A stretch of DNA of 64,000 nucleotides from Betaproteobacteria bacterium (GCA_031361565.1 JANLRI010000058.1:6800-70799), one strand, 5' to 3'. Positions 44,352 through 53,917 are shown, counted from the first letter of the stretch. Made by a program: numbers and translations. Notes: generated from the sequence alone by a model not told the origin.

Positions 44352-45125
44352 CTACCCGACTGCACGCATTGGATAGTCATCCCACGTGCGGCCATCGAGT
44401 TCGCGGCCGCCTGCCTTTGGCGTGCGGCCGCCCCATTGCTTGAAAAAGAACTTCACGCCTCCGTCTGCACAGTGGTCGCGGAGTTCTCGTCCCCAGTTGA
44501 TGTCCATCGGGCGAGCCTTTGGACCAGACTCTCCTCCCGCGATCACCCAATCGACGCCATCCAGATTGACTTGACCAAGAGGTCCAAGCAGTGGTTCGGC
44601 TGATACGAACCGGACCGCTGCTGGGACGTCGCGGAGATGGTTAATTCGGAAGTTGTACTTCGCACTCTCGACACTCACGCCCATCCAAACATTTGATGGC
44701 CACTCAAGCTTCGACGCAACAGACTTGAGTCGCCGTGAGCGCTTGGTCAAAACTTGATAAGTATGCCTAGGAGTGTCTTTCATGACTGTGAAAACGTCTT
44801 GAATAAACGAGAGAGGCACATCATCGTGAAAGAGATCGCTCATCGAGTTCACGAAGACTGTTCGAGGTTGCCTCCAGCCATAGGGAACCGACAACGCATC
44901 TTCGTGGGTGGTTAACGCAAAACCCGGTCCGCTCGTTCGTTCATCACCGTCATTTTGGTATTTTTCCGCTCCCATCGCCTTCAATCGCTTGGCGAGGGTG
45001 AGTGCATAACAGTGGTCGCATCCCGGGGAGGTACGGTCACATCCCGTCGTGGGGTTCCAGGTGGCCTCGGTCCATTCAATCGCCGACTTGTCGCTCATAG
45101 ACTCTTCCTCCGTTGTGTCGAACAT
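44352..45125 (-). CDS. DUF5131 / phage Gp37-Gp68 family protein (three-Cys, radical-SAM-like motif)
   Basis: SAIEWTEATWNPTTGCDRTSPGCDHCYA (Cx6CxxC), ...VFVNSMSDLFH..., VSAEPLLGPL, DWVIAGGESG and FFFKQWGG are hallmark blocks of PF07505. The true start may be the internal ATG 45098 (MSDKSAIEWT). Confidence 0.8.
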   Translation of the reverse strand: MFDTTEEESMSDKSAIEWTEATWNPTTGCDRTSPGCDHCYALTLAKRLKAMGAEKYQNDGDERTSGPGFALTTHEDALSVPYGWRQPRTVFVNSMSDLFHDDVPLSFIQDVFTVMKDTPRHTYQVLTKRSRRLKSVASKLEWPSNVWMGVSVESAKYNFRINHLRDVPAAVRFVSAEPLLGPLGQVNLDGVDWVIAGGESGPKARPMDINWGRELRDHCADGGVKFFFKQWGGRTPKAGGRELDGRTWDDYPMRAVG

Positions 45126-45286
45126 ACGTACGACGACACTGTACTTTACGTTGACATTCGTGACAATTATTCAGTATCCACAAACGGCTGCCTGGGCATG
45201 CGCGCGGCTAGTTGCACGGCTGCGTGTGACGCACGAAGTTCTTCAGGCCGCTCTCGGAGGCCCATCGGGTGAACTACACGGTCCTC

Positions 45287-45308
45287 AAAAAGCTACGCAG
45301 CGCGTAGC
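45287..45308 (-). terminator. Intrinsic terminator 15 nt downstream of the hsdM pseudogene stop (gcuacgc-gcu-gcguagc + uuuuu)
   Basis: The plus strand reads aaaaagctacgcagcgcgtagc: a perfect 7-bp palindrome with a 3-nt loop, followed on the minus strand by 5 U. Confidence 0.65.
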
Positions 45309-45322
45309 CTTTCTGCTCACTC

Positions 45323-46577
45323 TTAGAGCTCATAGCCGAGTCCTCCTAGCTTGAGCTTAATGAGCGCATCCAGTTCGGCACCCTTAGCCATCTGTTCGGA
45401 GAGTTGCTTGGTGAGGCGGGCCATCTTTTCGGCGAAGGCTTCGTCGTCATCTTCAACAGCTTCGGCACCTACATGGCGGCCAGGAGTGAGTACATAGCCG
45501 TGCTCGGCCACTTCGGCTAACTTCACGCTTCGGCAGTAACCGGCAACATCGGCATACGGAACAGCATCGGGTTCGCCGCGCCACGAATGGTAGATGTCGG
45601 CAATTCGCTTTACGTCGTCGTCGGTAAGTTCTCTGCGGGTGCGGTCAACCATTTGACCGGTCTTGCGCGCATCGATAAACAGCACTTCTTTGCGGCGGTT
45701 ACGCCAACCACCACCGGGGTTCTTGTTCCGGGTAAGAAACCATAAGCACGCAGGTATTTGGGTGGAGTAGAACAACTGGCCCGGTAGGGCAACCATGCAA
45801 TCAACCACATCCGCATCAACCATGGCTTTACGGATCTCACCCTCGCCCGATTGCATAGAAGACATCGAACCGTTGGCCAACACCACACCGGCCGTGCCAT
45901 TGGGAGCAAGGTGATGGATGATGTGTTGCAACCATCCGTAGTTGGCGTTACCGGCGGGAGGGATTCCATACTTCCAACGGACGTCTTCCTTGATGCGCTC
46001 GCCACCCCAATCAGAGATGTTGAACGGTGGAACTCACCTCCACGCTTACCCTCAGCCCCGGCGAACTGGCTTAGGAAGTACTCATAGGCCCGGCCGAGAA
46101 GATCCTTTGCTTGGCCCGGCCCTTCGTTGAGGGCAATGTTGGAAACAGATTGATCAGGTCACCCAACATAAGCTTGTTGAGCGCCGGGCGGGCATAGTCC
46201 TTCGTCAACACGTTCTTCAGCGAGTCATTCACCTTTTCAATGGCGCGCATAGCATCATCAATAAGTGTGCCTATGTTTGTCTGTTTAGCGTTGGCTTTCA
46301 GATGAGACCAGCGGGCTTCTTTCGGAACCCAGAACACATTGTCGGCCAGGTACTCGTCTTTGTCCTCAGCGGCGGCGGGATCATCGGCCATCAACTCGGT
46401 ATGTTTCGCTTCGAAGGCATCGGAGATGTACTTCAGAAACATCAATCCAAGGGCTACGTGCTTGTAATCGGAAGGCTCCATGTTTCCGCGCAGCTTGTCG
46501 GCCGCCTTAAACAGCTCCGCCTCAAATCCCAGATCACGACCATTGGTTTTCGATTCGTTCTGAGCCACTTGCTGCAC
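45323..46577 (-). pseudogene. hsdM: Type I R-M DNA methyltransferase subunit, inactivated (frameshift near 46135-46150 plus ~150-codon internal deletion near 46015-46040)
   Basis: The gene is split across three frames.
- Frame 1 (46577-46071) gives the HsdM N-terminal domain.
- A second frame gives [38 protein letters not shown].
- That runs directly into a third frame, [45 protein letters not shown]... (45931-45323).
The AdoMet-binding motif I region between GGEF(YTP) and (N)PPF is missing. Confidence 0.8.
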
Positions 46578-46973
46578 TTTCTTGGCTGCGCACGCCGCCT
46601 AACTCTGCGACGTTAACCGGTCGAAACCATGTCGTGAGGTTCTCAGCGCACCCACCGATTCAACGCACTCGATGAGCGCTTCCCAACGCTGCTACCCAGC
46701 GCGTGAAAGACCCCCTGCCTGCTCAGTTCCTTGGGACTCCAATCGCAACCTCTCCCCTGATTTCACCACGTCAAAATGGCGCGATGGCGGTCAAGTATCA
46801 GCCAACATGTCACCCACGAAAACAAGCTTTTCTGCACTCGCTATGCAGAAAAACCGAAAAGCGGGCTTAGCGGGCAACCTCGCAACCCGCGCCAAAAACC
46901 ATGGGATGAAAAGCGCTCAGCTCACGACGAACAGCGACCATAGATTCCAGTCAAGCCACCAACCCAAGCACAT

Positions 46974-47896
<923 letters not shown>

Positions 47897-47900
<4 letters not shown>

Positions 47901-48832
47901 AGTCGGGCTCCGGTGAGTTCGAGGAAGACGTCGTCGAGGGTGGGGCGACGCAGGGTCATGGAGGTCACTGTTAGCCCTGCGGCACCAAGGGCGATAGCCA
48001 CCGGGCCGATAGAGGCGGATCCGTCGGCGGTAACGATGGTGAGTTCTTGGCCGTGCACATCAACCGGCCCGCAACCCGGAACCGATCCAGCCACAGTTGC
48101 CGCAGCTAAAGGATCACCCTGCACGCTTACGATAATCACATCAGAGCCGATTGACCGTTTTAGTTCATCTGGAGTACCTTGCGCCACGATACGGCCATCG
48201 TCGATGATTGCTACCTGATCGGCGAGTACATCGGCCTCTTCAAGGTATTGGGTGGTGAGAAAAACCGTCACACCAAAGTCCACATTCAGCCTGCGGACTT
48301 CGTCCCAGATACTGGCCCTACTGGCTGGATCAAGACCCGTCGTGGGCTCGTCGAGAAACACGATCGTTGGTTGGTGCACTAAGGCGGTGGCGAGATCAAG
48401 TCGGCGGGCCATGCCACCGGAGTAGGTTCCAATTCGCCGATCCAGCGCATCGCCTATATCAATAAGCTCACTTAGTTCCTGGACTCTGCGGAATCGATCC
48501 GTTTTATTCATCCCATAAAAGCGACCTTGGAGGTCAAGAATTTCGCGCCCCGTTTGTTTGAGATCGAGCGAGGATGATTGCAGGGCCACGCCTATGCGCA
48601 ACCGGATTTGATCAGCGTGCGTAGCCAAATCGAATCCCGCAACGGTGGCCGTTCCAGCACTGGGCGTAAGCAAGGTTGAGAGCATCTTGACGGTGGTTGA
48701 CTTTCCTGCACCGTTCGGGCCTAGAAATCCGTAAATTTGCCCCGAAGGAACGTGGAGATCAACTCCGCGGACGGCTTCTACATCACCAAAGGACCGTTTC
48801 AGGCCAACAGTTCGAAGAGTTGCATCTGCCAT
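47897..48832 (-). CDS. ABC transporter ATP-binding protein (DrrA-like)
   Basis: Walker A GPNGAGKSTT, signature YSGGMARRLDLATAL, Walker B IVFLDEPTTGLD. Translationally coupled to the ABC-2 permease. Confidence 0.85.
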
Positions 48833-49060
48833 GTCCCAGTTTTAGTGCAGATCCTTCGCCAAATCCCCGAATTTTTCCTCACCGGTCGTTACTTGCCCAA
48901 AGACTCCCGTCCCTGCCCCCAGTCCAGATTCCCGCCCAGCCACACACCTACACTGTCCCGTCCTTCGCTAGAGCTGAGCTCCCGTCCGTGCCTCGTTTAG
49001 GCTTCCCGGTCAATTCATCGGAAGACTCCGCTATCCCCGGTCCAGCGACCTCTCCCGTCC

Positions 49061-50164
49061 GTGCCCTCGTTCAAGCTTTCCCGTCAAGGCTCCCGCCCTG
49101 CCACATCCCTGCGCTGCCCGACCTTCGCTAGAGCACAGGGATGCAATGATCTTTCGGTGCCACCCAAGCCAAGACCTCCTCGCGGTCCCCGTCCACCGCA
49201 GCCTCCTCGGTCTCGTACTGTCGCGCCGCCAGTTTTCGAGTTGAAACCCAAGACGTTTGGTGAGCTGCTGCAATCGGCCATGCAAATTTGGGCGGCATCG
49301 TGGCGGAAGCTGTTTCTACCGGTATTGGTGTTGCTACTGCCGTTTGAACTTGGATCGGCTGGGTTACTGAACGCGCTAGCACCAGATTTGGCGAAGACAC
49401 TTGATACGTGGTCGAAGGCGTTTGCGAAAGATCCCAACGTCCGTCCGAAATTGGGCCCCACGGAGTACGGCGCAATTCTTGGTTCGTTTGGTATCACGTT
49501 GCTTTCTGGCGTTTTGCTGGTAACTCTGGTTTCGCCTCTCGCCGCCAACGCATTTTTGCGACGCTCTACTTCGCGTGCAGAGCTTTTGACGAACATCCGT
49601 AAACGTGGCCCGGTGATGTTGCTGAGCTACCTGTTGGGTTTGATTTTTTGCAGCGTGCCATTGGCTGTTGCGATGATTGGTTTGCATTTCGCCAAACTCA
49701 ACGGAAACACTCAACACTGGGCGCCGACGGTTTTGCTCGCGGCTGCGGTTCTGAGCGTTTGGTTTTTCATACGTACACTTACCGCTAGTTCTGCTGTCGT
49801 GTTGGAGCATCTTGACCCGGTTGCTGCACTCTCACGATCACTTCGGCTGGTAGGTGGCCGCACCTGGCGGATACTGGCATCACGGCTTAGCGTGGCCTTT
49901 CTCACCTTGATTCCCTCACTCGCACTTTCGGGGATGGCCACAGCCGTGCTTACCGGTGCTGGCGGTAGAAACCCTTCATTTGCCTTTGTATGGCTAGCCA
50001 TTGGCAGTGCCGTTGCCGGGGCGATCGTGACCCCAATTTCTTCAATCTTTAGCGTGCTGCTTTATCTCGATTTGCGAGTACGCAAAGAGGCCCTCACCAC
50101 GGATTCACTTGCCTCTACCTTCGATGCTGCCACTGGCGGGCCCTCGGTCCAACCCGACCGCTAG
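49061..50164 (+). CDS. Hypothetical polytopic membrane protein; start uncertain
   Basis: About 6 hydrophobic helices follow FGELLQSAMQIWAASWRKLFLPVLVLLLPF. The Pro/Arg-rich N-terminal ~60 codons overlap an intergenic-looking repeat region and may not be translated. Confidence 0.5.
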   Translation: MPSFKLSRQGSRPATSLRCPTFARAQGCNDLSVPPKPRPPRGPRPPQPPRSRTVAPPVFELKPKTFGELLQSAMQIWAASWRKLFLPVLVLLLPFELGSAGLLNALAPDLAKTLDTWSKAFAKDPNVRPKLGPTEYGAILGSFGITLLSGVLLVTLVSPLAANAFLRRSTSRAELLTNIRKRGPVMLLSYLLGLIFCSVPLAVAMIGLHFAKLNGNTQHWAPTVLLAAAVLSVWFFIRTLTASSAVVLEHLDPVAALSRSLRLVGGRTWRILASRLSVAFLTLIPSLALSGMATAVLTGAGGRNPSFAFVWLAIGSAVAGAIVTPISSIFSVLLYLDLRVRKEALTTDSLASTFDAATGGPSVQPDR

Positions 50165-50278
50165 CAAGCGAACAAGTACTGCACTACCCAGCGCAAAGCA
50201 AGACGGGAAAAGGACGCAGGAGAAGTTCACCATCGATTAGCCACCTCCGAAGAACCCATCCCTTACTCCGTGACGAAA

Positions 50279-50325
50279 GTGTTGCGACGGAATGCAACGC
50301 CATAGAACACAAACCGTCGCAACAC
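50279..50325. terminator. Hairpin between convergent genes (12-bp perfect stem gtgttgcgacgg / ccgtcgcaacac, 23-nt loop)
   Basis: Inverted repeat read directly. It lies 15 nt beyond the stop of the minus-strand dehydrogenase gene. On the minus strand it is followed by tttcgt. Confidence 0.45.
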
Positions 50326-50339
50326 CTCCGTCAGGCTGC

Positions 50340-51617
50340 TCACTCCAACCGGAAGATGCCACCGTTGAGGGATGTGAGAATCAATTCATCATGCACGCCA
50401 GAAGAAATTGACGTGATGTAGCTGAGCTTTACCCCAAGGTCCCGAACCGTCACGGCACCTTTGGAGGACTGTGCGAGCTGGTACACCTTGCCGGTGCAAA
50501 GCTCACCAAAATAGAAGTGGCTCACCACATCAGCCTGCTGCTTGGCCAAGGCACCTTCAGCCACAGGTGACCACACCCCTGCGCTTGGGGCCACACCTCC
50601 GATAATGGCGCAACGCCCATCGGCATGCGGGAACTCCCAAATCGGATCAGTTACACCCTTTGGTTTCGCCGCGCCTTTATAGGCATGCTTACCTTCACGG
50701 GCTTTCCACCCAAAGTTCACGCCGGCCCGATCTACCGGCACCTGGTTGATCTCTTCCCACGACGCCTGACCCACATCGGTGATCCACAGCCGCTGCGAAG
50801 CATCGAGTGAAAACCGCCACGGATTCCGCAAACCGTAAGCCCAAATTTCCGGTCGTGCTTTTGTCGTCGCGCCAAGACCGCCAGCTACCCCGCGCGCATA
50901 GGGATTGGCCGACGGAATTCCATAGGGCCGTTCCGCGGTCGCTCCACGTGGATCGATACGTAGGATTTTGCCGTAGAGCACATTCAGGTTTTGCGCGTTG
51001 TTGTTCACATCGCCCGCGCCGCCTTTCGTTCCTACTCCTCCTCCATCGCCCAACCCAATGAGCAAGAGCCCGTCGGAAGTGAATACGAGGCCGCCGCCGT
51101 TGTGATCTTCGTTGGGATGAGGCACTCGAAGCAATACCCTTTGCGATGCAGGATCGGCAACCTTGCCATCGAAACCAAACTCCGCCACTACGATGGTTCC
51201 GTTCTTCTCTGTATACGTAGCGAACAGTAACGATTCCGAATATGGCGGGAAGGCCAAACCAATAAGTCCGCGTTCGTTGTTGGTGCTTACCCGAGCCGAG
51301 AGATCAAGCACCGCTGAAGTACGCCAGGTCCCATTGGATTCAAGGGCCCGAACTTTGCCACCTTTCTCCACCACATAAAATGCGTCATCACCGGTCGCTA
51401 CGGGTCTCGTCACCACCCCAATGGGCTCGGCCGCAGTACCTAAGGGGACCAGTTTCGACGGAGGACCAAGTGCGGTTGTGGTAGCCGTCGTCGGCAGCGC
51501 CGCCGTTTGCGCAAGCACCGAAGCACCCGAGGAGACCAGCACAGCGCCAACCAGCCAAGCCGATATGCAGAGCACACTTACTATTGAAGGAATTCTCACC
51601 CGTGGAACGTACACCAC
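50340..51617 (-). CDS. Secreted PQQ-dependent sugar (glucose/sorbosone) dehydrogenase family protein
   Basis: An N-terminal signal-like helix is present. Family blocks: RGLIGLAFPP, HPNEDHNGGGLVFTSDG, YGKILRIDP, WAYGLRNPWRFS. Confidence 0.75.
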   Translation of the reverse strand: MVYVPRVRIPSIVSVLCISAWLVGAVLVSSGASVLAQTAALPTTATTTALGPPSKLVPLGTAAEPIGVVTRPVATGDDAFYVVEKGGKVRALESNGTWRTSAVLDLSARVSTNNERGLIGLAFPPYSESLLFATYTEKNGTIVVAEFGFDGKVADPASQRVLLRVPHPNEDHNGGGLVFTSDGLLLIGLGDGGGVGTKGGAGDVNNNAQNLNVLYGKILRIDPRGATAERPYGIPSANPYARGVAGGLGATTKARPEIWAYGLRNPWRFSLDASQRLWITDVGQASWEEINQVPVDRAGVNFGWKAREGKHAYKGAAKPKGVTDPIWEFPHADGRCAIIGGVAPSAGVWSPVAEGALAKQQADVVSHFYFGELCTGKVYQLAQSSKGAVTVRDLGVKLSYITSISSGVHDELILTSLNGGIFRLE

Positions 51618-51706
51618 TACCTACACCCGGCGATGTGCCGAGCCACGAATGGCGCGGAGTACGAAAAACCCACCACTCCATGCTCATCCCACCGGCCCAA
51701 CTTCGA

Positions 51707-51844
51707 GCCCAACCACGTGGCCACCACATTCCCAACCCCAGCCCAACCACGTGACCACCACATTCGCAACCACGTGGCCACCACATTCCCAACCACAAGC
51801 CCAACCTCCGGACTAACCACATTCGCAACCTCAAGCCCAACCTC
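51707..51844. promoter_or_regulatory. Tandem repeat array carrying overlapping palindromes CCACGTGG / GTGGCCAC (3 copies), in the divergent region between the PQQ dehydrogenase and the EamA transporter
   Basis: aaccacgtggccaccacatt occurs at 51711, aaccacgtgaccaccacatt at 51745 and aaccacgtggccaccacatt at 51768. Degenerate units (gcccaacc...aaccacattcgcaacc) continue to ~51844. Confidence 0.45.
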
Positions 51845-51926
51845 TTGGCGTACTCAAGCAAACCCGGGCCTTATTGTCCAATATTCGCCAGTCATTCAAA
51901 CGGGATACTGGCAGACTCGACAGCCC

Positions 51927-53096
51927 ATGCCACCAAGCTCTCCAACGCCCAGCTCCGCTAACACAACCCCCACAGCCAACGAAAATCCCACCAAGGGCCC
52001 TGCCGCTGCTGCCACCACCGGCACCACCTCGAGCCCAGCAACCGACGAGAACCACGCTTCTAGTTGGCTCACCGCTGGCGCCTTCACCGAGGGCTGCTTC
52101 ACGGCGCAGAACCACGGCGCTGAGAACAACGGTGCGCAGAACAACGGTGCGCAGAACGACAGCGCTGAGAACCTTGCCGCTACGAGCCCGTCACTCGAGG
52201 CGAAGCGGACACTCACTGCGGAGGGAACGCACCGTGAGGCGTTCACGCGTAGAGACTGGATTCTGCTTGCTGTCCCTGGGTTCATTTGGGGTGCGTCGTT
52301 CCTGCAAATTGCTGAATCTCTCGAAGGGTTCACCCCGGCTGCGGTCACGTTTGGGCGCATGCTGTTTGGCTTCCTCACCTTGGCCTTTGTACCGTCGGCC
52401 AGGCGAACCAAAATCCCAAGAAGTGCCTGGCCTCAACTGTTAGCGGTGGCCGTCACCTGGCTGGCGTTTCCAATGACGCTATTTCCGATCGCCCAACAAC
52501 ACATCTCCTCCTCACTCGCAGGAATGCTCAACGGTGGAATCCCGATTTTCACGGCAATCTTCGCCACCATCTTGTTGCGGCGCTTGCCAGGTATCAATCA
52601 ACGTTACGCATTGCTGGGTGGTATCGCCGGATTAGCCATGATCGGGTTGCCATCGATCAACGAGGGAAAGTCGAGCGCATTCGGTGTTTTGCTCGTCCTC
52701 ATCGCCATTGCCTCCTACGGAATCGCCGTGAACCTCTCCGTACCGCTCACCCAAACCTACGGTGCCATCCCCGTGTTTTGGCGGTGCCAATTGATCGCCG
52801 TCGTTCTTACTGCCCCCTTGGGCATCCCCGGAATGTTCAAAAGCGATTTTGGTATGCGCCCATCGTTGTTCCTAGTTTCGCTCGGCATCCTTGGAACCGC
52901 CGTGGCCTTCGTGTGCATGGTGACTTTGGCTGCCCGAGTGGGAGCCACAAGAGGATCCATCCTCACCTACGTCGAAGCCGTCATCGCGTTGGCCCTGGGC
53001 GTGGTGTTCCGCCACGAAAAGGTCCGCGCTATTGAAGTTGCGGGGTGTTCAGTCATCCTCGGTGCCGCGTGGCTCGCCGGACGCGCCGACACATAA
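51927..53096 (+). CDS. EamA/DMT-family transporter with a low-complexity N-terminal extension; start uncertain
   Basis: The ten-TM DMT pattern begins at DWILLAVPGFIWGASFLQIAESL. ATG 51927 is the first ATG past the repeat array. The ORF is open from 51633. The segment contains 15-nt repeats encoding (G/S)A(Q/E)NN x5 at 52101-52175. Confidence 0.65.
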   Translation: MPPSSPTPSSANTTPTANENPTKGPAAAATTGTTSSPATDENHASSWLTAGAFTEGCFTAQNHGAENNGAQNNGAQNDSAENLAATSPSLEAKRTLTAEGTHREAFTRRDWILLAVPGFIWGASFLQIAESLEGFTPAAVTFGRMLFGFLTLAFVPSARRTKIPRSAWPQLLAVAVTWLAFPMTLFPIAQQHISSSLAGMLNGGIPIFTAIFATILLRRLPGINQRYALLGGIAGLAMIGLPSINEGKSSAFGVLLVLIAIASYGIAVNLSVPLTQTYGAIPVFWRCQLIAVVLTAPLGIPGMFKSDFGMRPSLFLVSLGILGTAVAFVCMVTLAARVGATRGSILTYVEAVIALALGVVFRHEKVRAIEVAGCSVILGAAWLAGRADT

Positions 53097-53404
53097 GACT
53101 CTCAAGACTTCACGCCCACGTACCCGCGAACTCAAGAACCCACGTTCCCGCGAACTCACGAACTCAAGTACCCACGAACTCAAGAACCTGCGAACTCACG
53201 TGAAGGTTGGTTCATTTATGAACGTATGGGAAAAGGCAATGGGCCGTCCGATTCATTCCGCAAAAAACGCTCTCCGTGGTATTGACCAAATCTAATCAGT
53301 GGTGAACACTCTCCGTAGTAATTCTTTCTGAGGGGGACACGGCGACCCCTCAGCCAACCAAACAACTTCCTCGCCAGACGTTTGAAAGCACAAAGGAAAA
53401 TCAA

Positions 53405-53665
53405 ATGAAAGCATCGAAAAAGGGTACGTCGTGGGGCCCAAAGCGCACCGCTCGTTTAGCCGCAGGCTTGGCCATCGTGGCCATAACCGCAGCTGGCATA
53501 GGAGCGGCTTCAAGCGGAGCGAGCGCTGCGAACGCCGGGGCCAGGACCTCCGGAACGATAGCCGTAATAGTGGCTCCAACTACCACCGCGGCTCCAACTA
53601 CCACCGTGGCTCCAAGCAAGACACCCACAGCCACAATCAAGATGTATGCGGTGGGCTGGGGCTGA
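53405..53665 (+). CDS. Small hypothetical secreted/anchored protein (86 aa), Thr/Pro/Ala-rich
   Basis: AAGGA lies 9 nt upstream of the ATG. The N-terminus is basic and followed by a hydrophobic helix and an ASA|ANA-like cleavage context. An APTTTAAPTTTVAP repeat is present. Confidence 0.4.
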   Translation: MKASKKGTSWGPKRTARLAAGLAIVAITAAGIGAASSGASAANAGARTSGTIAVIVAPTTTAAPTTTVAPSKTPTATIKMYAVGWG

Positions 53666-53810
53666 TCACCCCTTACCTAGGAATCACAACCCTAGATACG
53701 AATAGTTCCTGAACTGACTGCGAGGAAAGACGGCGGGGAAACTCGTCAGCCTTACACGAGAGTCACAGACTTCACGCAGTGGCGAGATGCTCGCCCACGG
53801 CATATCCAAT

Positions 53811-53917
53811 AACCAATCACATCAATCGCATCAATCGCATCAATCACTGCAATCACTGCAAATCACTGCAAATCACTGCAAATCACCGGCAAATCACCGG
53901 CAAATCACCGGAAATCC
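53811..53917. promoter_or_regulatory. Phased array of 11 AATC(A/G)C-core repeats spaced 9-11 nt, upstream of the GGDEF-EAL gene
   Basis: AATC cores start at 53815, 53824, 53833, 53842, 53851, 53861, 53871, 53881, 53892, 53903 and 53913. The units are atcaatcgc x2, (c)aatcactgc x2, aaatcactgc x3 and aaatcaccgg(c) x3. Confidence 0.6.

Noticed and set aside
40577-46973. Calling the R-M/TcmP region a mobile genomic island or prophage remnant.
   Set aside because: I could not find an integrase, transposase, tRNA or flanking direct repeats. The lower G+C is a visual impression only. It is described as a decayed R-M locus, not as a mobile element.
53218-53295. A 25-codon ORF (MNVWEKAMGRPIHSAKNALRGIDQI) in the gap after the EamA gene.
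   Set aside because: It is too short, has no homology signal and only a marginal RBS. Nothing distinguishes it from chance.
53811-53917. Possible CRISPR array. The same question applies to the other short tandem arrays at 29117-29196, 32631-32700 and 51707-51844.
   Set aside because: The units are 8-34 nt and directly abutting, with no unique spacers of 25-40 nt between them. No cas genes are in the window.
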